IMG/VR virus record: IMGVR_UViG_3300023179_000113
Location: 1-61,183 of that record
Source of the DNA: a virus
Lineage: Duplodnaviria > Caudoviricetes
DNA: 61,183 bases
Reading direction: 5' to 3' (one strand)
Position 1 is the stretch's first letter, and every line of letters starts with the position of its first letter. The notes under the pieces were generated by a model that saw only the letters and a program-made list of their open reading frames with translations, had not been told where the DNA came from and made no database searches. Below are positions 8,715-18,174 of this stretch, piece after piece. The position numbers and the translations under genes were made by a program.

Positions 8715-8860
8715 TTTAATTGATATTCAGGATACTTTTCTCTAACCTTAGATCTAAACCTTCCATTAAATGATGGGGGGTTTAGTTCTCTTTTTTGAGT
8801 GATCACTTTAGCATTATGATCAATAATCAAAAGTTTATCAATACTGTTAGGTTTTTTCAT
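8711..8860 (-). CDS. 49-aa hypothetical protein (not in ORF track), possible paralog of the adjacent 64-aa gene
   Basis: MKKPNSIDKLLIIDHNAKVITQKRELNPPSFNGRFRSKVREKYPEYQLK; TAATG and ATGA overlaps on both sides. Confidence 0.7.
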   Translation of the reverse strand: MKKPNSIDKLLIIDHNAKVITQKRELNPPSFNGRFRSKVREKYPEYQLK

Positions 8861-9372
8861 TAGGGTTCAATTGTAAATGTTTTGTTTTTAACTTTAGTAT
8901 CAAACTCACCAGTTCTACCTGGTTTCATACCTCCTATACTAACATTCTTTCCCTTGCCTGGCCAAGATGTTTTAGAAGTTCCTTTTAGAGTTGAACTTCC
9001 TCCTGGTTTGCGTTGAATCAAAACAGAATCTTGATCGTATTTTTTACCTAACTTTTCTATTGCTTTTTTAAATTTTCTTTTACCTTTCTTTCCAGGAGTA
9101 ATAATGTGTGATTTTTCTCCTACTTTTTTTTCTTCTGGAGTGCCCGGATTTTCTGTATATCTACCAGCAACTTTTGTAGGTCCTGGAAGACCGGCACCCC
9201 TAATATCTTTTTCAAGTTGTTTTGAACGTGCTTTATTTTCTGCCTTTGATTTGTCTCCTCTTTGAGCAGACATAATCGCCATTCCACCTTTCTTTGACTT
9301 ACTCATCACACGAGTAAGAGAAGTCTCTTGAATAGAGTAGCATTCTAGCACAAATTCTTGAAAAGTCTTCAT
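8860..9372 (-). CDS. Basic hypothetical protein with a capsid-targeting-like N-terminus (MKTFQEFVLE)
   Basis: 170 aa, Lys-rich; MSAQRG...LGKKYDQDSVL; preceded by a CTAAATA late-promoter-like site. Confidence 0.8.
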   Translation of the reverse strand: MKTFQEFVLECYSIQETSLTRVMSKSKKGGMAIMSAQRGDKSKAENKARSKQLEKDIRGAGLPGPTKVAGRYTENPGTPEEKKVGEKSHIITPGKKGKRKFKKAIEKLGKKYDQDSVLIQRKPGGSSTLKGTSKTSWPGKGKNVSIGGMKPGRTGEFDTKVKNKTFTIEP

Positions 9373-9387
9373 TTTAATCTTTTTAGG

Positions 9388-9394
9388 TATTTAG
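9388..9394 (-). promoter_or_regulatory. gp55-type late promoter variant CTAAATA
   Basis: Overlaps the upstream stop codon, 15 nt before the ATG. Confidence 0.6.
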
Positions 9395-11538
9395 ACAACA
9401 AGTTCCATAAACTGTCCTAGAACTTTCTTATTCAATTTTTTGATCTTAAGACTTTTTACAAAGGCACTTTTAATCTGTGACTTTGTGGCATCTTCGGCAA
9501 CTTCAAATTCAGAATCTTGTGAGAGAGTGGATGCAGAAAGTCCAAAGTAGGCATCATAACTTGATTCTAAAATATTCAGACTCCGATTCTTCTTCCAATC
9601 AGATAAAATTTTATTATATTGAGGAGATAATTTGTTGTAATAAAGACTCACAAAATTTGATGTATCACGATTCTGAAGCACACGAATACCGATCATATTG
9701 ACTGTCGGAAACTTATCCTTAAGATTTGATATCAAAACTTCAGTAAATTTATGATATTCATACTCAAACTTGTAAGTCGTTCCGATCTTACGATCACGAA
9801 GAAAAGTTTGTCCAGGAGAAATACCACGAACACCAATATAAGGTTCAGATCCACGTTTGACTTCAATATGATAAGGAAGACAATTTGCCTCACCATCAGT
9901 CAGAACTACACACTGAACTTTTTGAAGTTTATTTTCTCTCTGAAAATTGGGAAGAATTTGGTGTAGGGCAATCAGTGCCTCATTCAGTGGAGTGCTGGAA
10001 AGATATAATCGAGTTGGAGCAACATATCTACATCCACACCCATATGGATTACGAAGAGCAATAGTCAGTCTCCAAATATTGAGCATCTGATGCTCCAGAG
10101 TTTTCATATTCACTTTACTTGTAAGAAGATTCAATAAAGAAAAATCATCGGCAACATAAATCAATCCTTCTCGTTTTTCATAATGTGAAGAATAAACTTC
10201 TTGTGACGTTTTTGGACTTCTCCATTCATTTGTAAAGGCATAAACCTCAAAAGGAATTGAGACTTTTTTACAAAACCAGATTAGATTGAAAAGTTGCTTA
10301 CAGGTGTCCTGAATAACTTCATTCATCGACCCACTCCAATCAAGAATAAAAATCAACCCGTGATTTTTACCATCAGGAATCACATTTATTTTCTTAAATA
10401 AATCCTCATTATACTTGTAGGTATGAAGACGTGCAGTATCAAGAACTCCTGTGCGAGCAGTTGATGTTCTGGCATAAGAATCTGCTGCCTTACGACACTC
10501 AAATTCCTTTACGAGATAATTGACTTCTTTTTGAGCAGAAGTCTTAAATTGCTTATATGACCTATCTACCTCTTCATATAAATCAAAGTTATGAGTTGTA
10601 TCATTATTAGCATCAATATATTTTTTTTGTCTTTCGAAATTTTCATCAATATATTGATGAATCTCTGAATTTTTGGCAATTATAGTTTCTAGATTGAGAT
10701 GTGGAAGTTCAACATAAACATTATCTCGGTTATCACTACTTACAAGACTCTCAATTTTTTCACGAAGAGCATCGGCAGTGCGAACTTCAGGTTCTTGTGA
10801 AGAAAGATCTGGTATTGTTTGATTTCCACTAGAATTTCCGGAAGATTCTTCTGGTTGCTGTAATTGTGGGGATTCTTGTTGATCGTTCTCACTTTCTTCG
10901 GTTTCTCCCATCTGTTCACCAGAAGAGGAATTACCTTGTTGTTCGGAATCGTGAGAATCTAGATTAGCAACCTTTTGTTGTTTCTGTTGTTCTTCCTTAC
11001 AATACTCATAAAGTTTCTCTGCGGCAATAATCACATCTGTAAAAGTTTCACAGGAATCAATACACTCAATAATTTCTTTCTCTTTGGAATTAAAATTTAG
11101 AGGAGAAAGAAAATTACCAACCTTAAAGTAAAGGTTTGTTTTATCAGCAAGATTTAAGGTTTCTAAATCTTCGTCAGCAATCTGAAAGAAGTCTTCATCA
11201 TTTAATTCTTTATATCCATTATAAAAAGTCTTTGCAAGTCCTGCATACTTACGTTTCATTAATTTTTCAATGCGGGCATCTTCTACAATATTCACAAACT
11301 GTTGAGGAATTGTAGTGCTTTCAAACCAGTCATCATCGGGAGTAAAGAGGGCATGTCCAACTTCATGTCCTACAAGCAAATCATATACGGTATTACTTGC
11401 TTTATCCCACAGAGGCAGAGTCAAAACACGAGTATGAACATTAAAACAAGCAGTCGCAACTTTCTTGTGCTCAACCACAAGATCTTCGGTAGCAAGCAGT
11501 TTTGCAAGTTGAGACTTGATTTCGTGACTAACTGGCAT
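9391..11538 (-). CDS. CobT-like protein: N-terminal zincin (HEXXH) domain, acidic linker, C-terminal VWA domain
   Basis: HEVGH, NIVEDARIE, MIDAS DWSGS, TPLNE, LTDGE; start at MPVSHEIK (11538) or 11562. Confidence 0.88.
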   Translation of the reverse strand: MPVSHEIKSQLAKLLATEDLVVEHKKVATACFNVHTRVLTLPLWDKASNTVYDLLVGHEVGHALFTPDDDWFESTTIPQQFVNIVEDARIEKLMKRKYAGLAKTFYNGYKELNDEDFFQIADEDLETLNLADKTNLYFKVGNFLSPLNFNSKEKEIIECIDSCETFTDVIIAAEKLYEYCKEEQQKQQKVANLDSHDSEQQGNSSSGEQMGETEESENDQQESPQLQQPEESSGNSSGNQTIPDLSSQEPEVRTADALREKIESLVSSDNRDNVYVELPHLNLETIIAKNSEIHQYIDENFERQKKYIDANNDTTHNFDLYEEVDRSYKQFKTSAQKEVNYLVKEFECRKAADSYARTSTARTGVLDTARLHTYKYNEDLFKKINVIPDGKNHGLIFILDWSGSMNEVIQDTCKQLFNLIWFCKKVSIPFEVYAFTNEWRSPKTSQEVYSSHYEKREGLIYVADDFSLLNLLTSKVNMKTLEHQMLNIWRLTIALRNPYGCGCRYVAPTRLYLSSTPLNEALIALHQILPNFQRENKLQKVQCVVLTDGEANCLPYHIEVKRGSEPYIGVRGISPGQTFLRDRKIGTTYKFEYEYHKFTEVLISNLKDKFPTVNMIGIRVLQNRDTSNFVSLYYNKLSPQYNKILSDWKKNRSLNILESSYDAYFGLSASTLSQDSEFEVAEDATKSQIKSAFVKSLKIKKLNKKVLGQFMELVV

Positions 11539-11560
11539 GAGTTTTGTTTTGTATACACTC

Positions 11561-11616
11561 ATAATACAACGAAAAGTTGTCCTCTGGACAACTGCTGTGC
11601 CACCTTATAAAGTGTT
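11561..11616 (-). promoter_or_regulatory. Promoter: -10 TATTAT, 8-bp inverted repeat AGTTGTCC-N3-GGACAACT, upstream motif AACACTTTATAAGGTGGCAC
   Basis: Read from sequence; motif-to--10 spacing equals that upstream of cobS. Confidence 0.65.
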
Positions 11617-11620
11617 TATA

Positions 11621-13333
11621 TTATGATCCGATCCGACTAAATCCTTTTACTTTTTCAAATTTTATAACATTATCAAACTTATCATCTAAACCAGTTTTAT
11701 GAGAGATTACAAATATATTAGCATCCTTTATTGTATATTTAATAATCTTAAGAAATTCTTCTGTTCCAAATCCATCTAAAGAACTATCAAATACTTCATC
11801 TAATATCAGAAGATTTGTATTTACAGAATTTTTAAATCCAGCAACTTCTCTCCAAGTAAAAAGAAGTGCCAAATCTATTCTCATCTTTTCACCCTCACTA
11901 AAGGAAGCATAAGAAAAATCTTCGTGAATTGGTGACTGAACTGTCTCATTAAACTCTTCATCAAGAGTAAAATTAATATAAAAGTCCATCATTTGTAAAT
12001 ACCGATTTACCTGCTGATTTATCAGGGGAAGATATTTCTTAATGATTTTAGACTTAACACCACCATCCTTCAGTAATCCATATGCAAAATCATAATAGTT
12101 AATGGAGTCTTTTTTAACTGCCAATTCATCATAGGTTTTCTGAAGAGTTTCTCTGAAAGACTCTAGTTTTTCGTGTTCAGTATTTTTATTTTTAAGTTGG
12201 TTGGTAAGTGTTTGAATTTCTGATTCAAAGTCTCTGATTTGTCTTTGACATCCAGAGATTTTAGTATTGTTTTGAGAAACTTCATGCGTGAGTTTTGTAA
12301 TCTCCTTGGAAAGAATATTAAATTGACGCTCTCTTTCTTCTTCTGATTTGATAGTTTCCTCAAGTTCTTGATAACCCGATTGTAACTCCTTTGCTTTATT
12401 TTGAGCGTCTGTAATTCTATGTAGTCTAAATGTCTCATCAATCTCTTGAGTACAAGTAGGGCATACCGTATTTTCAGTAAAAAACTTGTGCTCTGTGGTA
12501 ATCGTAAGAACCTTTTGTGAGATTTTACCTTTGAGATTTCCAAGTTTACGAAGTTTATCTGCGGCACCTGTGACTTCTTCTTGCTCTTTGATATACTTAA
12601 AAATACTTTCTTCAAGTGAAGAATTTTCTCTCATATAAATGCCAACTTCAGTATCTAAATTGGCAATCTTTTTTTGATTGTCATTTATCTTGGCATTTCC
12701 ACGATTTTCCAACTCCTCAATAAAGTTTCTTTGCATTTCAACCTTATCAAAGAGAGATTCTTTTTTGAGTTCTAAAGTCTTTACTTCTTCACGAATCTGA
12801 CGAATTTTTTCTTTAATTACTGTATTCATAGAAGAAAAAATCTTTATGTCTAAAAGATCTTCAATCACTTCTCTTCTGTGAGCCGCAGGAAGTTGCATAA
12901 AAGGAACAAAAGTACTGCTACCCAAAATTACAATTTGAGTAAAGGACTTATAGTTCATTTTAAGAATTGTTTGTTCTAACCACTTCTGCTGATCGACAGA
13001 TGCGGATGCCTGATCCAAAACTTCACCATTTCGATAAATTTCAAAAATATTTGGTTTGATTCCACGAACAACCTTCCACTCGGTAGTTCCAATAGTAAAC
13101 TCAACTTCTACAATACAGTCCTTTTCATTTACGGTATTGATGAGTTGTGGTTTATTAATTTTCCGAAATGGTCTTCCAAATAAAGAAAAAGTAAGGGCAT
13201 CTAAAATTGTACTTTTACCAGCGCCATTTGTACCGACAATCAAATTAGTCGAATTTAGAGTAAAATCTATTTCCGTGAAATGCTGTCCTGTAGATAAAAA
13301 ATTCTTCCATTTTATAGTTTTGAATAATATCAT
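11621..13333 (-). CDS. gp46: Recombination endonuclease ATPase subunit (Rad50/SbcC-like)
   Basis: KNFLSTG, GTNGAGKST, zinc hook CPTC, FSEGEKMRIDLA, LILDEVFD. Confidence 0.97.
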   Translation of the reverse strand: MILFKTIKWKNFLSTGQHFTEIDFTLNSTNLIVGTNGAGKSTILDALTFSLFGRPFRKINKPQLINTVNEKDCIVEVEFTIGTTEWKVVRGIKPNIFEIYRNGEVLDQASASVDQQKWLEQTILKMNYKSFTQIVILGSSTFVPFMQLPAAHRREVIEDLLDIKIFSSMNTVIKEKIRQIREEVKTLELKKESLFDKVEMQRNFIEELENRGNAKINDNQKKIANLDTEVGIYMRENSSLEESIFKYIKEQEEVTGAADKLRKLGNLKGKISQKVLTITTEHKFFTENTVCPTCTQEIDETFRLHRITDAQNKAKELQSGYQELEETIKSEEERERQFNILSKEITKLTHEVSQNNTKISGCQRQIRDFESEIQTLTNQLKNKNTEHEKLESFRETLQKTYDELAVKKDSINYYDFAYGLLKDGGVKSKIIKKYLPLINQQVNRYLQMMDFYINFTLDEEFNETVQSPIHEDFSYASFSEGEKMRIDLALLFTWREVAGFKNSVNTNLLILDEVFDSSLDGFGTEEFLKIIKYTIKDANIFVISHKTGLDDKFDNVIKFEKVKGFSRIGS

Positions 13334-13334
13334 T

Positions 13335-13592
13335 TTAATATTTTGGTGGAATTACAATATCATTTTCAGTAATAACAATATAGTTATATTCATATTGTTC
13401 GCAGGTCTTTATTATTACTTCATCTTCAACTTCAATTACATGCATTTCTGGATAATCTTGCTCCTCCAACATCATAGCATATCTAACTGCATCATCTTCT
13501 TCTTCAAAAATATAGATGATTTTATCTCCGTTAGGGTTAAGTACAGAATAGACACCCTCATCCTCTTGTCCCAGAATTGTAAGTATAAACAT
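13335..13592 (-). CDS. Conserved acidic hypothetical protein between gp47 and gp46
   Basis: 85 aa; FEEEDDAVRYAMML; tight packing with neighbours. Confidence 0.8.
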   Translation of the reverse strand: MFILTILGQEDEGVYSVLNPNGDKIIYIFEEEDDAVRYAMMLEEQDYPEMHVIEVEDEVIIKTCEQYEYNYIVITENDIVIPPKY

Positions 13593-13594
13593 TT

Positions 13595-14629
13595 TTAGAC
13601 TAACTCACAGGCTTCCTGATATATTTCTTTAAACATTTTTTGAATTATTTTTTTGTCTAGATTTATTTCTGATTCTTCAATATATCTGTTCAGAACAGAA
13701 AGAGTATCTTCTGATTCAAATGCCTCAAAATTTTCATTTTCTTCAATTTGAAAGTTTTCAACAATTTTGAGTTCTGCCACATTTGAAGTATAAAGTTTAT
13801 CAATAAATTTTTCAAACTTTTTAGTATTTGTTTTTTTACGAACAATCACTTTTACAATTTTATTTTCATATTCACGAGTATCAAATGTCTGATAGTTTGT
13901 ATCTTCATAGTGAATAATATAATAAATTCGATAAGGATTATTTACAGGAGTATGTTCTAGTGTTTCGGTATCAAAAATATGAAATCCACGAGTATCATTT
14001 ACATCATTCCAATACATTTCATAAGGATTTCCCAAATAAAAAACGACACCATTAGTAGAACGAGTATGATAATGCCCAGAAAATACTTTTGTAAACCCAT
14101 CAAAAACTATAGAATCCATACCATCATCCATCGTATGTCCACGATAGGCTTCAAATCCATTCAATTCCAAATGTCCCATCGCAACCTTACATCCACTTTT
14201 TTTGATAAGACGTAAAGTTTTTTCTTCGTTATCGGCACATATCCAAGGAATCAAAAGAGTATTTAAATTCCCAATTTTAATTACCTCAGGATCACTATAA
14301 GTTTTGATATTAGAGTAATTTTGAAGTAGAAGAGATGGAGAATTTACATTATTCGTGTTCTTATAGTATGCATCGTGATTTCCCACTAACATATGAACAT
14401 TATATTTTGAAAGAGGATCTAAAACAACTCTTTTTGTCCATTCTAAACTTTGATAATCAATTGACTTGCGACTATCAAAAGCATCTCCCATATGAATAAC
14501 AGTTGTAATCCCGTGCTGTTCCAGTGTCGGGAAAAAAATGTTTTTATAAAATGTCTCAAAATAATCCTGAAAAAGTTTAGAACCTTTTCGGCAACCATAA
14601 TGAGTGTCAGTGATGATTGCGACTTTCAT
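13595..14629 (-). CDS. gp47: Recombination endonuclease nuclease subunit (Mre11/SbcD-like)
   Basis: Metallophosphoesterase motifs DTHYG, GDAFD, GNHD, GHYH. Confidence 0.97.
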   Translation of the reverse strand: MKVAIITDTHYGCRKGSKLFQDYFETFYKNIFFPTLEQHGITTVIHMGDAFDSRKSIDYQSLEWTKRVVLDPLSKYNVHMLVGNHDAYYKNTNNVNSPSLLLQNYSNIKTYSDPEVIKIGNLNTLLIPWICADNEEKTLRLIKKSGCKVAMGHLELNGFEAYRGHTMDDGMDSIVFDGFTKVFSGHYHTRSTNGVVFYLGNPYEMYWNDVNDTRGFHIFDTETLEHTPVNNPYRIYYIIHYEDTNYQTFDTREYENKIVKVIVRKKTNTKKFEKFIDKLYTSNVAELKIVENFQIEENENFEAFESEDTLSVLNRYIEESEINLDKKIIQKMFKEIYQEACELV

Positions 14630-15169
14630 TCAATAACGAAGTTTAGAGTGAATTCCATCCTTGATGCTATTGTAGTCTGAATAGTTTCCTATGTCAACTG
14701 TATTGTCATCGGTAAAGACCTCAGAGTACTCAGAACGTTCAAGAATTTTATTTTTAATTTCTAACTGACGTTTTTCTTTTTGAATACGACGAAGAAAAGC
14801 ATAATGAATAATCTGTGTAAAATACGCAAATGGGTTCTGTGATTTCTCTGGGTCAAAGTTATGAATATACTGAACACAGTTTTCAATACCATCAGAAATC
14901 ATATCTTCCTTGAACATATAGTTTACGAAGTTTGGTTTGAAAGAAAGATGATTTGCAATCTTCAAAAAACACTCACCAATATATCTTGGTATTTCTGATT
15001 TTGTATCCCATCCTTTTGATCTATCTTCTCTTGTTGGTTCTCTACCATACTTTCTAATAAAACTGATTTCAACATCCTCACGATACTTTGTGAGAGCAGC
15101 AAGAAACTCTTTATTATTGACATAATGTTCTGACCTTTTTCTTTTGGTCATAATGTTTGTGGTTATCAT
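14630..15169 (-). CDS. gp55: Late-transcription sigma factor
   Basis: HYVNNKEFL, YMFKEDMISDGIENC, NPFAYFTQIIHYAFLRRIQKEK. Confidence 0.96.
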   Translation of the reverse strand: MITTNIMTKRKRSEHYVNNKEFLAALTKYREDVEISFIRKYGREPTREDRSKGWDTKSEIPRYIGECFLKIANHLSFKPNFVNYMFKEDMISDGIENCVQYIHNFDPEKSQNPFAYFTQIIHYAFLRRIQKEKRQLEIKNKILERSEYSEVFTDDNTVDIGNYSDYNSIKDGIHSKLRY

Positions 15170-15194
15170 AAGTTTTACTCATTATTATGTAGAT

Positions 15195-15223
15195 ATTATA
15201 ACACTTTTAAAAATAGTTGACAA
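15195..15223 (-). promoter_or_regulatory. Sigma70-type promoter for gp55 (TTGTCA-N17-TATAAT, extended TG)
   Basis: Minus strand TTGTCA actatttttaaaagtgt TATAAT. Confidence 0.8.
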
Positions 15224-15244
15224 GTTTCTCAAATCTGATAGAAT
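15217..15244 (+). promoter_or_regulatory. Divergent antisense sigma70-type promoter (TTGACA-N16-TAGAAT, extended TG)
   Basis: Plus strand TTGACA agtttctcaaatctga TAGAAT; shares its -35 bases with the gp55 promoter. Confidence 0.55.
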
Positions 15245-15271
15245 AACCTTTGTGAGGGTTGAAAAGTTATA

Positions 15272-15664
15272 TTAGCTACTTTCATAGAGCTTCTCTAAGA
15301 TATCTTTAGCATCATTCACACTTGAAAGATATCCCATTTGACGATTAATGTTTGATTCATTATTTTTTCTCTTATAAGATTGTCTCAAATAAGATTGATA
15401 CATTGCAATCATTTCAATATCATAAGATTCAGAAAGAGTCAAAACATCATCAAGTTTGATAATAAACATATCTTCTGTTGTCGTCTTTAACCAGGGTTCT
15501 ATCTTATATCCAGATTCACCACTTCTACTTTTATATTCAGAGATTACAATTGGGTTTGAGACAATCAAAAAAGTTCTCTCTTCCTCTTCTGAGGCTGCGA
15601 CTTTGGCAAAAACTTCTTCACCAGACTTAAGTTTGAGAGTGCAGTAAAAATCTTCCTCTATCAT
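15272..15664 (-). CDS. Conserved hypothetical protein (Sm-like; KLKSGEEVFAKV...PWLK)
   Basis: 130 aa; usual position between uvsW and gp55. Confidence 0.8.
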   Translation of the reverse strand: MIEEDFYCTLKLKSGEEVFAKVAASEEEERTFLIVSNPIVISEYKSRSGESGYKIEPWLKTTTEDMFIIKLDDVLTLSESYDIEMIAMYQSYLRQSYKRKNNESNINRQMGYLSSVNDAKDILEKLYESS

Positions 15665-17136
15665 TTTTTTAGTTTTATTGTGACTATTTCATAATTAAAG
15701 TTTTCTTCATTATATATTTTGATTCGTTCTATCAAATGATTGAGTGTATAATTCTTTTTTGAGTTATAAGTACAATCATCGGCAATATCATAAAGTGTTG
15801 CTTTGACTTTATCTTTACCTTTACGAAGAACTCTTCCAATACTCTGAAGATTTCGTATTCTTGATTTACTTGGTGAGGCAAAAATTACATTATGTAGATT
15901 TTTGATATTAATACCAGTGGAAAATGTTCCATAGGAAGCAACTATAATCGCATTTTTTTCTTTTTCAGTAATCTCACGAACTAATTCTCTTTCTTCAGCA
16001 TTCACTCCACCGTGAATAAAAAAGACTTTACGATCACTTTGCTTATTTTTATTTATATTTTCGTAAAGTATTGCTCCATGTGTTTCTACTCTTGAATATA
16101 ATACCAAAGTGTTTCCCTTTAGATCTAAAGTCAAGTTTGTGATAAACCTATTTCTTTGTTCGTGAGAAATGAGATATTGTATTTCATCTTCATAGACATC
16201 AAACTTTTGAGGAGGATGTTTAAGGACAATACACTGAATATCTAACTGTGAAAGATGACCTTGTTTCATTAACTCATCAGTTCTCGTAACTTTATAAGAA
16301 GGACCAAACAATCCCTCTAAAACCCATTTGTGAGTCTGAGTACCATCAAGAGTACCGGTAAATCCAAAACGATATTTTGCGTGATGAAGTTTAGTCATAA
16401 TCTGAATCAATGACTTGCTCTTGAATAAATGAGCTTCATCACCTATAATGACATTATAATCCTCAAAGAAAGATCTTTCTAATTTATAAATAGACTGCCA
16501 GGTTGTAATTGTGACTGAGTGTTCATTTGTCTTTTCTCTACCAGAATAAATCTTGTGACAGTATGATTCAGAATCCCAACCATAATCCTCAAAGTCCTTA
16601 TACATCTGCTCTACAAGAGATGTCGTTGGAACAACTAAAAGAATTTTTTGCCCTTTATCTACATAGTATCTTACGATTGAATAAATCATCAGAGATTTTC
16701 CTGAGGCAGTGGGTGATATCAGCAGTTTTCGATTATATTTTAGTGCATCGTATACTCCATTTACTTGATAATCACGAGGAGTATGAGAGCAAATAGAACT
16801 CATATAATCTTTTACACCCTCTAATGATATTCCTTCATTTATCTCAAAAGGTTGCCCATAAAATTTATTATTTTCAAATTTATATGTGTAATTGAATTGT
16901 TCACAAAAATTTATAACTTTATCTAAAAGACCCACATATATTTGCTTACTTCTAATATCGAATAAGTGTATTTCACCATTCCAATTTCTTCCCCGATACT
17001 GGGGCATAAATTTTGCACCGGGAACTTCAAATTTGAAATGATCTCTCAGTTCATATTCAATATGAGGTTCTGTTTTTATTTTTAAAAATACTTCGTTAGA
17101 CTTAGATATAATGAGATTTTCTGTAGTATCTGTCAC
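15661..17136 (-). CDS. uvsW: RNA-DNA/DNA-DNA SF2 helicase
   Basis: PRDYQ, SPTASGKS, DEAH, GFTGT, QSIGRVLR. Confidence 0.97.
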   Translation of the reverse strand: MTDTTENLIISKSNEVFLKIKTEPHIEYELRDHFKFEVPGAKFMPQYRGRNWNGEIHLFDIRSKQIYVGLLDKVINFCEQFNYTYKFENNKFYGQPFEINEGISLEGVKDYMSSICSHTPRDYQVNGVYDALKYNRKLLISPTASGKSLMIYSIVRYYVDKGQKILLVVPTTSLVEQMYKDFEDYGWDSESYCHKIYSGREKTNEHSVTITTWQSIYKLERSFFEDYNVIIGDEAHLFKSKSLIQIMTKLHHAKYRFGFTGTLDGTQTHKWVLEGLFGPSYKVTRTDELMKQGHLSQLDIQCIVLKHPPQKFDVYEDEIQYLISHEQRNRFITNLTLDLKGNTLVLYSRVETHGAILYENINKNKQSDRKVFFIHGGVNAEERELVREITEKEKNAIIVASYGTFSTGINIKNLHNVIFASPSKSRIRNLQSIGRVLRKGKDKVKATLYDIADDCTYNSKKNYTLNHLIERIKIYNEENFNYEIVTIKLKK

Positions 17137-17164
17137 AAAGATTCATATGTCTATAAGTATTTAT

Positions 17165-17602
17165 TTACCCCAATCCAGCATTAAATCGTAAAAATTCTAT
17201 TGAATTTTTAATTTGATATGTGCGATTTTGAATGACTTTTAATATGCTTTCAAGATAATATAGTATTGTATCATAATAACAAATTTTCATATTAATAGAT
17301 GAAAGTTTATCATCTGCATCAAGATATTTTTGCATAGTTTCCTTATCCCGAATTTTCTTTGGAAATGGATTCTCTATATAAACATCCGGGTCTGCTTTTC
17401 CAGAGAAATATTCATACCTTTCGTGATAAATATTTTTCTTTTGTTGCTCTGCTTTTTTTCTTAAAAGAAAAATTGTATTATAAAGATCAAAATATTTTGC
17501 GTGAAGAACTGGTATATTTAAAGATTCTGTATGAAGATTATCTGGATCTATTTTTGCGTCCTTTTCCCACATCTCTTGAATTTTTTCAAGATCAATACTC
17601 AT
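17165..17602 (-). CDS. uvsY: Recombination mediator protein
   Basis: LHAKY, YEYFSGKA, RTYQIKNSIEF; between gp3 and uvsW. Confidence 0.92.
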   Translation of the reverse strand: MSIDLEKIQEMWEKDAKIDPDNLHTESLNIPVLHAKYFDLYNTIFLLRKKAEQQKKNIYHERYEYFSGKADPDVYIENPFPKKIRDKETMQKYLDADDKLSSINMKICYYDTILYYLESILKVIQNRTYQIKNSIEFLRFNAGLG

Positions 17603-18156
17603 AATGGAGTTCCACTTAAATCAGTTATATTGTAGATAGTATACTTGAAACTCACCTCTGCTGTAAAGTACTGAATGTCAGAATCAGTAGCAGTAAATGC
17701 TAATGTTGTCAACGAATATGGAAATAAATCATTAAATCTAATTTGAAAATTTGGAACAAAATTGCTGTTTAATATTTGAAGTGTTCCATCAGAATATATA
17801 TCCATCGATTTTTGAACATACTTTGAATTCGTAAATCCATTATTTTGAAGATTATAAATCTCTTCCAATTTTTCTGGATATCCCAAACCACGAATCCAAT
17901 TTTGAATCTCCATATAATTTTCAAGATTTTCATCTACCATAAAACGCAGATTCAAGTCCCCAAAAACAATTTTATCTCCTGGAGTATCAATATCTTTTAA
18001 ATATGTTGGTTGAATTGCAATTCCAAGAGTTAAATCTGGAATATTTGCTTCATTACAAAAAAATGCAACTTTGGGACTTCTTTTTAATGTGAACTTAAAT
18101 CCACTTGGTGAAAGAAAATTGCGATTTTCAATTTGACCTGATGTAGTAGATGCCAT
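17599..18156 (-). CDS. gp3: Tail tube terminator / completion protein
   Basis: NFLSPSGFKF, ANIPDL, PGDKIVFGDL, VDENLENY; follows gp23. Confidence 0.9.
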   Translation of the reverse strand: MASTTSGQIENRNFLSPSGFKFTLKRSPKVAFFCNEANIPDLTLGIAIQPTYLKDIDTPGDKIVFGDLNLRFMVDENLENYMEIQNWIRGLGYPEKLEEIYNLQNNGFTNSKYVQKSMDIYSDGTLQILNSNFVPNFQIRFNDLFPYSLTTLAFTATDSDIQYFTAEVSFKYTIYNITDLSGTPL

Positions 18157-18174
18157 TTTTTTAAATATTTAGAT

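Noticed and set aside
13056-13598. 180-aa plus-strand ORF
   Set aside because: Antisense shadow of gp46 and the 85-aa gene
15456-15647. 63-aa plus-strand ORF downstream of the antisense promoter
   Set aside because: About 200 nt from the promoter, no RBS, and in codon register with the minus-strand gene
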